From the NCBI GenBank assembly GCA_039918515.1, contig JBDSHL010000418.1:1-27535 (forward strand): a stretch of DNA of 27,535 bases, written 5' to 3'. This stretch comes from Saprospiraceae bacterium. Its GTDB lineage: Bacteria; Bacteroidota; Bacteroidia; Chitinophagales; Saprospiraceae. The notes beneath the pieces were generated by a model. The model did no database searches, was not told the origin of the DNA, and saw nothing but the letters and a program-made list of their open reading frames with translations. Positions 18,247-27,535 of this stretch are shown one piece after another (position 1 is the first letter of the stretch; every line of letters starts with the position of its first letter). The position numbers were made by a program, and so were the translations under genes.

Positions 18247-20274
18247 TTAATTATTCTTCCAAAAACGAATTAATACACTTTCTAACAATAGAAATATTAT
18301 TCCGGCTAAGATTAAATACCACCACATAGATTGATCATCTTTAGAGTCTTGAATTGATGCAGTAAGATTCCCGACTTGATTGGGATCAATAATATTAACT
18401 TTATCTCCAAATAATGTTTTTAATCCTTCTTTATTTAAATATTCTAAATTAGATTCTAAGCGATTTTCATTGAAGGCCAATGATCCTAATATTGTTTCTT
18501 GATTAATTACGTCATAAATTCCTGCAGTTTTTAACTGATCAAAGAGATCAATATTCAATTGGTTGGGGGACATCTTAGCAGTCGTAATAAATTCTTCAGG
18601 ACCTTTAAATCTAATGGAATTATCTTTTAAAGTTATCTCTTTATTAATCGGCCATCTAACGAGTTGATCACGGCCAAGAGTATAAGAATAGGTGTTTAAA
18701 TTTTTGCCAGAAATTGCTGACTTAAATAATAAAGGTAAAAATATTTCTGCATTTTTGGATAAAGAGTTTGTTTCTGGATCAGCGGAAGAAGTACACAGGT
18801 AAACGTATGAATTACCGAAAGGATATCTAATTAAGTAAGGCAATCCATCCCTATAATTTAACAATGGCTCAGCAAACGAATTGTTGGTAAGTTGATAGGA
18901 TGACATTACAAAAGGTAACTTCATATTGGCCTTTTTCGTTGTGAAGACATCATCGAATAATCCACTTTCAAATTGAATGCTTCCTACCTCTTTTTTAATA
19001 TTACTGAAATCTTTTAGTTTGGGAAAACGAATTTGTGATTCCAGACTAGAATAATTATCTTGTATTCCGGCTGCAGGAAACACAAATACATTGCAACCAG
19101 CAACTAAAGCGTGATTTAATTCACTAGCAAAACCACTTGATACATTTGATAAATCAACTAAAATAATTAACTTGTAATTTGAAAATTCACTATAATTTAA
19201 TTTTCCAACATCTTGAATGGAAGTTTTGAAATAAGGAATCGCATTAAATGCTTGAATAAGATTTGCTGGTGGTTTAGTATTATAGATGAGTAATATTTTG
19301 ACATCTTCCTCTACATTAAAAGACATAAAATATTGATCGTCAAATTGAATAGGATAATCAGCAATTTTTAGTATTAGTTTCTGCGAGCCAGATTTACTTA
19401 TAGTTAAATCGATGGTGTCCGTATAGGTCTTTTTAGCGGATATATTAATACCTGATACAGGGTATTCCTGTCCATTAATATTGTAACTCAATTTCATATT
19501 TTCAACATCAGAGCTCCCATAATTGTGCAGTACATAAACTATGTGATTATTCTGTGACTTAAGAATTATAGGATTTGTAAAATAAGCCGTGTCAATGTCG
19601 ATATTATTCTCACTTATGCCTTGAAGTGGTAATAAATTCATTTGAATGGTACTATCCAGAATTTCTTTTGGAGAATCCATTAATGACTTTTGAAAATCTG
19701 AAACGAGATAAATTTCTTTATCAAAACCTTCTGTTCCTAAAAGGATTTGATTCTGTCGTCGAATAATTTTTGAAAGGGAATTTGACGATGAAGTTTGTTT
19801 TGTTTCTTCAATAGCTGAAAGTGCCTCTTGCTTGGAAAATATTCTAGATTGCCTTCCATTTAATTCGCAGCTGACAATTTGAAATTTATCATAATCAGAA
19901 TATGCTTTTACTATATCACTTGCACATTTCTTTGCTTTATTGAATAAACTGCCCTCATTTGTATTGGCATTCATTGACCAACTGTTGTCAATGAAAATAC
20001 TCACAGCTCTATGGCGATTGCTTAAGGTTTTTTCGTTCTTTGTGAAGGGTTGTGCGAAGGCGAAGATCAGAGCGGCAAAAGCCAAGAATCTAGAAGCTAA
20101 AATTAGTAAATTTCTAAGTTTATTGCGGTGGGAAGTTTCTTCAACAAGTTCTTTAAGAAATCTTACATTGGTAAAATAGACTTGTTTATATCTTCTAAAA
20201 TAGAAAAGATGAATAATAATAGGTATTGCGAGAAGGCTTAAGGCCCAAAGTAAGCCTGGAAAACTAAATTGCAT
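18247..20274 (-). CDS. BatA N-terminal domain / vWA membrane-anchored protein
   Basis: BatA-type start (FPGLLWALSLLAIPIIIHLF...F..V.FL), MIDAS-like DNSWS, ENRLESNL, and a C-terminal TM (WWYLILAGIIFLLLES). Confidence 0.85.
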   Translation of the reverse strand: MQFSFPGLLWALSLLAIPIIIHLFYFRRYKQVYFTNVRFLKELVEETSHRNKLRNLLILASRFLAFAALIFAFAQPFTKNEKTLSNRHRAVSIFIDNSWSMNANTNEGSLFNKAKKCASDIVKAYSDYDKFQIVSCELNGRQSRIFSKQEALSAIEETKQTSSSNSLSKIIRRQNQILLGTEGFDKEIYLVSDFQKSLMDSPKEILDSTIQMNLLPLQGISENNIDIDTAYFTNPIILKSQNNHIVYVLHNYGSSDVENMKLSYNINGQEYPVSGINISAKKTYTDTIDLTISKSGSQKLILKIADYPIQFDDQYFMSFNVEEDVKILLIYNTKPPANLIQAFNAIPYFKTSIQDVGKLNYSEFSNYKLIILVDLSNVSSGFASELNHALVAGCNVFVFPAAGIQDNYSSLESQIRFPKLKDFSNIKKEVGSIQFESGLFDDVFTTKKANMKLPFVMSSYQLTNNSFAEPLLNYRDGLPYLIRYPFGNSYVYLCTSSADPETNSLSKNAEIFLPLLFKSAISGKNLNTYSYTLGRDQLVRWPINKEITLKDNSIRFKGPEEFITTAKMSPNQLNIDLFDQLKTAGIYDVINQETILGSLAFNENRLESNLEYLNKEGLKTLFGDKVNIIDPNQVGNLTASIQDSKDDQSMWWYLILAGIIFLLLESVLIRFWKNN

Positions 20275-20293
20275 GCTCTGAATAAGAATTTTG

Positions 20294-20301
20294 CAAAGTT
20301 A
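20294..20301 (-). promoter_or_regulatory. -7 promoter element (TAACTTTG) of the BatA-domain operon
   Basis: TAnnTTTG match 19 nt upstream of ATG 20274. Confidence 0.65.
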
Positions 20302-20330
20302 ATGCCAATCTGTGAGAAGTATTCATATTT

Positions 20331-20533
20331 AACCCGCTTTATGCAATAGACTTTCTATTACAAGCCAAAGTGCCTGCAAATCCTAGCACTTCCTCGAATT
20401 TTTATCCTCACTATGGGGGTGACCATGTTTGCGGTAAAAATTCTCCGGCCGTGTCCAGCCGAATGGCAGGGGAGCACCAGTCTTTATTGGCATTTTGACT
20501 TTCACTACGAAACTCTATTGCATAAAGTGGGTT
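20331..20533 (+). ncRNA. Rod-like structured element: candidate 6S-like RNA (alternatively a MITE)
   Basis: 25-bp terminal inverted repeat (23/25 Watson-Crick, one G-U), nested internal helices, about 45% GC by hand count in an AT-rich genome. The wobbles are G-U on the + strand. Confidence 0.5.
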
Positions 20534-20611
20534 TACTAAAATTGTCTTAGTGTATATTTCATTAATCTTTAAAGTTTAATAAATATATTATAAAAAAAAC
20601 TAATATATCGC

Positions 20612-20619
20612 TAATTTTG
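20612..20619 (+). promoter_or_regulatory. -7 promoter element (TAATTTTG) of ruvA-sprA
   Basis: TAnnTTTG match only 4 nt before the ruvA ATG. Confidence 0.55.
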
Positions 20620-20623
20620 TGGG

Positions 20624-21214
20624 ATGATTACATTCATAAGGGGTAAGGTAGTTCAATGTCAGCCGACATTTGTTATTGTCGAGGCAGGCGGAATCGGCTA
20701 TTTTATTCATATAAGTCTGTCGAGTTATTCTAAACTTCTAAATATTCAGGAAACACTGATTCTTACCCATCAAATCATAAAAGAAGATGGTCATTTTTTA
20801 TATGGGTTTGTAGAGGAAGAAGAAAGAACACTCTTTGTACAATTGATTTCGGTCAATGGAGTGGGTCCAAATACCGCAAGGGTAATCCTATCTTATCTAG
20901 AAATAGGAGACATCAAATCAGCCATAGTTACAGGCGATGATGTTGTATTTAGAAAAGTAAAAGGCGTGGGGCCAAAAACAGCACAAAGGATAATTATCGA
21001 TCTAAAAGATAAAATTGTAAAAGAGTCTAGTAATGAGGGCTTTACAATAAAATCTAAAGTACCAAATATAAAAAATGAGGCTTTGTCCGCCATGTTGGCA
21101 TTGGGATTTGTGCGGGCTCAAGTGGAACAGGTTCTAAGAATGGTCACTGAAAATGAACTTAATTCATATACTTTAGAAGATTTAATCAAATTATGTCTTA
21201 AAAAACTATCATAA
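20624..21214 (+). CDS. ruvA: Holliday junction branch migration protein RuvA
   Basis: MITFIRG, GGIGY, LYGF, LISVNGVGP..A, VKGVGPKTAQRIIIDLKDK, EALSAMLALGF. Confidence 0.97.
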   Translation: MITFIRGKVVQCQPTFVIVEAGGIGYFIHISLSSYSKLLNIQETLILTHQIIKEDGHFLYGFVEEEERTLFVQLISVNGVGPNTARVILSYLEIGDIKSAIVTGDDVVFRKVKGVGPKTAQRIIIDLKDKIVKESSNEGFTIKSKVPNIKNEALSAMLALGFVRAQVEQVLRMVTENELNSYTLEDLIKLCLKKLS

Positions 21215-21302
21215 AATCATCATATAATACACGCTATATCGATTTTTGGCGTTATAAGGAATTAAATTATTAAGGTCGATTGGGTATTTTCTGAAAATTA
21301 CT

Positions 21303-24300
21303 ATGAATAAGTTTCTATTGTCTTTTTTTATTGGTTTAGTAATTATTGATTTCTCCATAGCAGGTGGAAGGGAATTGCCAAGTTTATTTTCATGTCAAAA
21401 CCATTGTATATCTCTGGATACTATTCCTTATAAAAACAGAACTGGTTCAGATCCTGAAAGAGATAAAAAGAATCCTTTCGATCTTAAGGATCCTAAGATT
21501 ATTGAAAAAGACATTGATTATGATCCAGTAACTGGTGAGTATACAATTAAAGAAAAAATAGGAAGTGATTATTTCAATAATCCAAGTAGCTTAAGTTTTG
21601 ATGAGTATATGGCTTATAAAGCCAGACAACAAGACCATGATTATTATAAATTTAAATCTGGGGTAACAGCTCCGAAAAGCAGATTTTCTTCTGCTTTAGA
21701 TCCCTTGAAAAAAATTGACTTAAAGAAGAATCTTTCAGATAGATTGTTTGGAGGAGGCGGTATCCAGATTGAACCCCATGGAAATGTGGATATGACTGTT
21801 GGATTTAACTATAATTATAATGAAAATCCAGTTAATCCGGTTGGAACCAGATCAACATTATCACCAGATTTTGCAATGAAGACTCAACTTGAAGTGACTG
21901 CAAGTATAGGGGATAAACTAAAGTTGAATGTTAACAATAATTCACAATCATCTTTTGATTTCGATAATAAATTAAAGCTTGCATATGATAGTGAGAAATT
22001 TACGGAAGATGATATTATCAAGAAAATAGAAGCAGGTAATGTAGCTATGCCATTGAGATCAACTTTAATAAAAGGTTCCGAGAACTTATTTGGATTTAAA
22101 ACAGATTGGCAGTTTGGACATTTAAAATTAACCGGATTAATTGCCCAACAAAGAGCAAAAAGTGAAAGTGTCACAACGAAAGGTGGTGGTATTTTTTCAG
22201 AATTTGTATTAAGGCCAGATCAATTCGATGAGAACAGACATTTTTTCCTTAGTCATTTCAATAGAAACAATTATGAAGGTGCATTAAGTACTCTCCCAGA
22301 AGTCAATAGTCAATTTAGAATTAAGAATATTGAAGTTTGGGTTACAGATGATGTCCCCAACTCAAGAGACTTAAATACAAGAGATATTGTTGCGTTAGCA
22401 GATTTGGGAACTATTGATGCTAAAGACTTTGATATGGGTCCGATGAATGCGGCACAATTTATTAATAATGCTCCACCAGTGGATTGCAAAAGTATGATTG
22501 GATTGCCTACCAATGAATCAAATTTGTTACTAAACAAAATTATTAGAGATAGTGCGGCACGTATAAATAATTCTGTAATTAAAGTATTAACGAGTCCTAA
22601 TTTAGCCTTGATACAAGGTAGGGACTTTGAAAGAGTGAGAGCCAGACGACTTAATTCTTCAGAATATACGGTTAATGCAGAGTTAGGATTTATTTCATTA
22701 AGAACAAAGCCGAAACCTGATCAAATAGTTGGTGTGGCATATCAATTCACTTATAATGGAAAAGATGAGGATACCAAGACTAAAGTCAAATATAAAATCG
22801 GAGAACTATCATCGGATTATGCATCTGATAGTATAAATTCTAAAGTAATCTTTGTGAAGATGCTCAAATCGTCTAATCAAGTTACTACGCTTCCATCCTA
22901 TGATTTAATGATGAAGAATGTGTATTCAACTGGAGGTTATAATTTAAATCAAGTTGGCTTCAACTTTGATTTGTACTATGAATCTCAAGATGGAATTCAA
23001 AGAAGATTTATCGAAGAATTAAATGGTTATCCATTATTGAATTTATTTAAGTTAGACAACCTCAATAAAACAGGTGATCCACAACCAGATGGAATATTTG
23101 ATTGGGTTCCAGGACAAACGGTGATACCACTTAATGGGTCAATAATTTTTCCAGTTCTTGAACCTTTTGGATTGGGTTTATTAAAATTGATACAAGGAGT
23201 TATAACAGATCCGGTGCAAGCCCAGAAAATTTACGATAAGTATAAATATGAAGAATTATATAAGATATCTATTACCAAAGCAAGGCAAAAACTAAATTCA
23301 AATCAGTTTATTCTTAAAGGAAGTTATAAAGGAGGCAAAGCCAATGAAATTCCCTTAAATACTTTTGGATCAGATCCAAATGCAAGAATAATCGTCAGAG
23401 CCGGATCTTTGACTTTAACAGAAAATATAGATTATATAGTAGATAGAAGTCAAGGAAAAGTTACCATACTTAATGAATCGTACTTAACAGGAGATGCAAA
23501 CATTACTGCTGAATATGAAAACAGTTCTACATTAAATATTCAGACAAGATCAATGATCGGATTAAGAGCTGAATATACGAAGAGTAAAGATTTTTATATT
23601 GGTACGACCTTTATGAATTTATTCGAAAGACCATTTACTCAGAAAGTCAATCTTAATGAAGATCCTATTAATAATAAAGTTTTTGGATTGGATTTAGGAT
23701 ATACGAGGTCTGTTCCATGGTTAACTCGGGCACTTGATGCTCTACCTCTTTATTCAACCAAAGAAAGTTCAAAGATTTCCTTACAAGGAGAAGCTGCTTA
23801 TTTAAAACCAGGTTATTCCAAAGCCATTGAGCAGACAGGGAGTACAGGAGGTGTAGTATATATTGATGACTTTGAAGGTAGTGCATCAGGAATAGGATTA
23901 TCTTATAATCCGACACAATGGATTCATGCTTCTGTTCCTACGAGTGGAGACTTAGGATTTAAATTTCTTGGTAATAATGTCTCAAATAATTTATATACTT
24001 CATCAAATCGGGCATTATTAAGTTGGTATAGGATTGATCCTTATGCTCGTAATGGGGCACCAGATGCTACTAATTCATATGCTCGTTTTGTTGATGAGAT
24101 AGAAATATTTCCAAACAAAAGCAGACCTATTGGATTCTCTCAAGAATTAACTTTTGATGTATCTTATTTCCCTAGAGAAAAAGGGCCCTATAATTATGAT
24201 ATTCCAAATGGAAGAAGAAATGGTAAAGGAGATTTTACTGCTGGTGTTGATCAAGATAATAAATTAAATAATCCAGCTTCAAGGTGGGCTGGCATAATGA

Positions 24301-27300
24301 CGAAATTAAATACTAATGATTTTGAAGTGGCAAATGTAGAATACATTGACTTCTGGTTATTAGATCCATATCTAAAGAAGGCAGACCCATCAGAACCGAT
24401 ATCAGCTCCTGGTATTTTATACCTTCAATTAGGAACTTTTTCTGAGGATATTCTAAAAGATGGTCAAGCTCAATTTGAAAATGGACTTCCAACAACAAAA
24501 AACTATTTACCAACAATAAATACAGTGTTTGGTAAGATGGCTAGAAAAGCTCCGCTCATTAATAATTTTGATTTAGAGGAGCGAGAACAGCAGGATATAG
24601 GTCTGGATGGTCTGAATAGTAAAACTAAGAATGAAGAACAATTATACTTTCAAAACTCCTATCTAGATTCATTGAAAATTAATCCAGCTGCATATAGTAT
24701 GGTAGCAAAAGACCCTTCGAATGATGATTATATATCTTATACAGACAAAAGTTTTCCTGCAAATACGACTGTTATTCAGAAATATAAAAGGAATTCTTTA
24801 CTTGAGGGTAATTCAGTATTAGATCCAAATAATCGAATATCTACTATATCAACCGGAATTCCAGATCAAGAAGATTTAAACAATGATAAATCATTGAACG
24901 AAATTGAGGCTTATTATTCTTATCGGGTAGATTTAACAACAAATCCAAATAATGGAGAATTAAATTCTAAATGGATTACTGAATCTATTTCAAAAGTTCA
25001 AAATGGAGTTACGGAAAAATGGTATAGATTTAGAATTCCAATTACTAAAGATAAAACTACCATTGGACCAATAAGTGATTTTAGATCTATACAATCAATG
25101 AGAATGATTCTTACTGATTTCACAGAGAACGTTACTTTAAGGTTTATCAAATTACAATTAGGAAGAAACACATGGAGAAGAGACTCATCTCTATGTGAAG
25201 GGGATAAAGAAAATGATTTGATTCTTGACAAAGTAGATATTGAAGAAAATGGAGGTAAGTTACCTTTTAATTATAAAAACCCAAAAGGAATCCAACGACA
25301 ACAATTATTTGGTTCTACAACAACAACTCAATTGGCAAATGAAGCAAGTTTACTTATGCGAAAAACCAATCTTCTTCCTAATTGTGTGCAAACAATAACT
25401 AGAATTACAGAACTGGATATTAGGAGATACGAAAGATTTAAAATGTTTGTTCATGCTGAAGAAATAGGAAAAAGTATTCCTACGGGTGACGTAAGAGTAT
25501 TTGTAAGATTGGGCAAAGATTTCACGAATAATTATTATGAATATGAAATCCCAGTCAGAATGTCTCAGAATGCAATGAAAAACTTTGATAAATCTGATTC
25601 CATTTGGTTAGAAGAAAATGAATTCAATTTTCCATTAAAACTACTTACTGATGTTAAAACTGAAAGAAATCTAAAAGGGATTCCATTTGATCAAATTTAT
25701 TCCATTTCAGATCCTGATAAACCAAATAATTTAGTGAAGGTAATAGGAAATCCTGCCATTGCGAATTTAAGAGGATTGGTCATTGGTATGAAAAATGTAT
25801 CACAACAAAGTATTGAAGGTGTTGAAATTTGGGTGAATGAAATGCGTTTAACCGGAATTGAAAATCATGGTGGATTTTCAGCTCTTGTGCGTGGAGAAGC
25901 TCAGCTTGCGGATTTAGGCAACTTGAGTTTAGCCGGAGCTTATACTTCTGTAGGTTATGGAGGAATTGAAGAAAGATTAAATCAAAGATCCTTAGAAGAT
26001 GTGAGGCAAGCAGATGCAACAACTTCTTTAGACTTAGGTAAATTCATACCCAAGTCAGCATCTGTGTCTATTCCTTTTACAGCTCAATATTCAGTAACTA
26101 ATCGCAGACCAGAATTTGATCCGAATGATTTAGATATAAAACTAAATGATAAAATCAATCAAGCGTCGAGCTCTCAAGCTAAAGATTCAATTCTTAATAA
26201 ATCAATAGATTATAGTAGAACCAGTGGATTCGCCTTTAACAATATTAGAAAAAATAGAACCGGTAATTCAAAACCCAAACCTTGGAATATTGAAAACTTT
26301 GCTTTATCCTATGGTCAATCAACAAGTTCCAAACACAATCCTATCATACTCAAAGATAACTTAGATGTTAAAAAAGGAGCTATCGATTATAACTTTAGTC
26401 TTTCAAGTAAGTATATCAGGCCCTTCAAATTTGTAAAAAGTAAATACCTTAAATTTATTTCTGAATTCAACTTTAACCTTATCCCTAGCAATTTCTCTGT
26501 AAGGAATAATCTAGACAGAAGAAGAGCAGTTACAACTTATAGATATGCAGATCCAAAATATTCAACGTGGGAGACGGTTAAATTCGGATGGTTAAGAGAT
26601 TATACATTAAATTGGGATTTAACCAAATCGATTAAACTAAGTTATAATGCCCAAGCAGATGCCAGTATAGATGAAATAACCTATAATCCATTAAAGCAGA
26701 ATTATGTAAATCCAATTACACAAAGAAGTGTTGACGAATCTGAAAAGAAACCTTTTCTAATTAATAATCTGAAAAACTTTGGAAGGTTACGTGATTACAA
26801 ACACACCATTTCTGCAAATTATAATTTGCCAACAAAATTAATTCCCGGACTCGAATGGATTCAAGTTAAGGTTCAGTATAATTCAAACTTTAACTGGGCC
26901 TCAGGTTCAACAAATCAAATAGATACATTAGGAAGTGTAATATCTAATGGTCAAACTATTGGATTAAATGGAGAATTCAACTTCTCTAACCTTTACAATA
27001 AATCATCTTATTTAAAGCGACTTAATGATGACTCAGAATCTAATAGATCTCGACCGAACCAGAATAAAACAAAAATCAAATCTGGTAGGGAAATTGGAGT
27101 AAAAGATCCAAAGAAAAAAGAACTTACTAATAGAAAAATATCTCTTACTGAAAAAATTCTAATCAGGCCAATAATGTTGATTAGAAGAGTTCAACTTAAT
27201 TATACAGAAAATACAAGCACAGTAATTCCAGGCTTTATGGAGAAGCCAGAACTCTTTGGACAAAATAAAAACTTTAGTGCTCCTGGTTGGGGATTTGTAG

Positions 27301-27535
27301 CTGGATTGAAACCTAACATTGGACAAGGTGGTTATCTGGATCAAGCGGCATCAAAAGGCTGGATTAGTAGCAATGATAATTTGAATAAGGAAGTTATTCA
27401 ACGCAATTCAAAAGTATTCGGAGCTAAAGGAAGAGTTGAACTCTTTAAAGGTTCCAACCTTGACATTAATGTAGATAAAAGCTTCACTAAAGACCATGCT
27501 GAAACTTTCAAAAACTATGATCCAAATTGTGATAA
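21303..27535 (+). CDS. sprA: Type IX secretion system outer-membrane translocon SprA (Sov), 3'-truncated by the window edge
   Basis: ATG 21303 (MNKFLLSFFIGLVIIDFSIA, signal peptide). The frame reads as SprA wherever I translated it (YDPVTGEY, DRLFGGGGIQIEP, FDENRHFFL, IEVWVT, YIDDFEGS, IPDQEDLNND, WVNEMRL) and is still open at the window end (...KNYDPNCD). No stop-terminated long + ORF appears here in the track. ruvA-sprA adjacency is typical. Confidence 0.93.
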   Translation, partial: MNKFLLSFFIGLVIIDFSIAGGRELPSLFSCQNHCISLDTIPYKNRTGSDPERDKKNPFDLKDPKIIEKDIDYDPVTGEYTIKEKIGSDYFNNPSSLSFDEYMAYKARQQDHDYYKFKSGVTAPKSRFSSALDPLKKIDLKKNLSDRLFGGGGIQIEPHGNVDMTVGFNYNYNENPVNPVGTRSTLSPDFAMKTQLEVTASIGDKLKLNVNNNSQSSFDFDNKLKLAYDSEKFTEDDIIKKIEAGNVAMPLRSTLIKGSENLFGFKTDWQFGHLKLTGLIAQQRAKSESVTTKGGGIFSEFVLRPDQFDENRHFFLSHFNRNNYEGALSTLPEVNSQFRIKNIEVWVTDDVPNSRDLNTRDIVALADLGTIDAKDFDMGPMNAAQFINNAPPVDCKSMIGLPTNESNLLLNKIIRDSAARINNSVIKVLTSPNLALIQGRDFERVRARRLNSSEYTVNAELGFISLRTKPKPDQIVGVAYQFTYNGKDEDTKTKVKYKIGELSSDYASDSINSKVIFVKMLKSSNQVTTLPSYDLMMKNVYSTGGYNLNQVGFNFDLYYESQDGIQRRFIEELNGYPLLNLFKLDNLNKTGDPQPDGIFDWVPGQTVIPLNGSIIFPVLEPFGLGLLKLIQGVITDPVQAQKIYDKYKYEELYKISITKARQKLNSNQFILKGSYKGGKANEIPLNTFGSDPNARIIVRAGSLTLTENIDYIVDRSQGKVTILNESYLTGDANITAEYENSSTLNIQTRSMIGLRAEYTKSKDFYIGTTFMNLFERPFTQKVNLNEDPINNKVFGLDLGYTRSVPWLTRALDALPLYSTKESSKISLQGEAAYLKPGYSKAIEQTGSTGGVVYIDDFEGSASGIGLSYNPTQWIHASVPTSGDLGFKFLGNNVSNNLYTSSNRALLSWYRIDPYARNGAPDATNSYARFVDEIEIFPNKSRPIGFSQELTFDVSYFPREKGPYNYDIPNGRRNGKGDFTAGVDQDNKLNNPASRWAGIMTKLNTNDFEVANVEYIDFWLLDPYLKKADPSEPISAPGILYLQLGTFSEDILKDGQAQFENGLPTTKNYLPTINTVFGKMARKAPLINNFDLEEREQQDIGLDGLNSKTKNEEQLYFQNSYLDSLKINPAAYSMVAKDPSNDDYISYTDKSFPANTTVIQKYKRNSLLEGNSVLDPNNRISTISTGIPDQEDLNNDKSLNEIEAYYSYRVDLTTNPNNGELNSKWITESISKVQNGVTEKWYRFRIPITKDKTTIGPISDFRSIQSMRMILTDFTENVTLRFIKLQLGRNTWRRDSSLCEGDKENDLILDKVDIEENGGKLPFNYKNPKGIQRQQLFGSTTTTQLANEASLLMRKTNLLPNCVQTITRITELDIRRYERFKMFVHAEEIGKSIPTGDVRVFVRLGKDFTNNYYEYEIPVRMSQNAMKNFDKSDSIWLEENEFNFPLKLLTDVKTERNLKGIPFDQIYSISDPDKPNNLVKVIGNPAIANLRGLVIGMKNVSQQSIEGVEIWVNEMRLTGIENHGGFSALVRGEAQLADLGNLSLAGAYTSVGYGGIEERLNQRSLEDVRQADATTSLDLGKFIPKSASVSIPFTAQYSVTNRRPEFDPNDLDIKLNDKINQASSSQAKDSILNKSIDYSRTSGFAFNNIRKNRTGNSKPKPWNIENFALSYGQSTSSKHNPIILKDNLDVKKGAIDYNFSLSSKYIRPFKFVKSKYLKFISEFNFNLIPSNFSVRNNLDRRRAVTTYRYADPKYSTWETVKFGWLRDYTLNWDLTKSIKLSYNAQADASIDEITYNPLKQNYVNPITQRSVDESEKKPFLINNLKNFGRLRDYKHTISANYNLPTKLIPGLEWIQVKVQYNSNFNWASGSTNQIDTLGSVISNGQTIGLNGEFNFSNLYNKSSYLKRLNDDSESNRSRPNQNKTKIKSGREIGVKDPKKKELTNRKISLTEKILIRPIMLIRRVQLNYTENTSTVIPGFMEKPELFGQNKNFSAPGWGFVAGLKPNIGQGGYLDQAASKGWISSNDNLNKEVIQRNSKVFGAKGRVELFKGSNLDINVDKSFTKDHAETFKNYDPNCD

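Noticed and set aside
20413-20550. 45-codon + strand ORF (MGVTMFAVK...) and a 36-codon minus-strand ORF inside the structured element, as transposase remnants
   Set aside because: Neither shows recognisable transposase motifs. Open frames of this length are expected in a locally GC-richer segment.
2154-21093. Other 60-103 aa ORFs overlapping confident genes (e.g. 4825-5103, 8518-8829, 19940-20179)
   Set aside because: They lie within or overlap well-supported genes, on the opposite strand or in another frame, and carry no motifs.
21884-27344. Short minus-strand ORFs within the sprA region
   Set aside because: They are antisense shadows of the continuous sprA frame and have no recognisable protein features.
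1-27535. CRISPR arrays, tRNA/rRNA genes, prophage, integrase or full IS elements
   Set aside because: On reading I saw no spaced direct-repeat array, cloverleaf, rRNA-like segment or mobile-element ORF.

Overview
This is an AT-rich, gene-dense chromosomal window from a gliding member of the Bacteroidota, based on gldE-gldD, ruvA-sprA and repeated TAnnTTTG promoters. It is mostly housekeeping. Gene order: partial TPR protein, probable DUF3078 outer-membrane protein, M28 peptidase-mutY-ssb-gldE-gldD, recA, hutH, glutamine-dependent nadE, dnaX-GNAT-DUF3109, radical SAM/SPASM protein, pth, a four-gene reverse operon (BatA/vWA protein, dihydroorotase-like protein, DUF4199, membrane protein), ruvA, and the first ~2077 codons of sprA. 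The ORF track misses sprA because it runs off the window end. I found no transposase, phage, CRISPR, tRNA or rRNA. The four best leads are: (1) a ~203-nt GC-enriched rod-like element at 20331-20533, either a 6S-like RNA or an ACCC-ended MITE; (2) an A9 run at the tau/gamma boundary of dnaX with stops close by in both shifted frames; (3) a dihydroorotase homologue lacking its metal ligands, in an operon with a vWA membrane protein; (4) a promoter-plus-terminator unit downstream of recA that could be a ~130-nt sRNA. All family assignments come from recognising motifs by eye, not from database searches.
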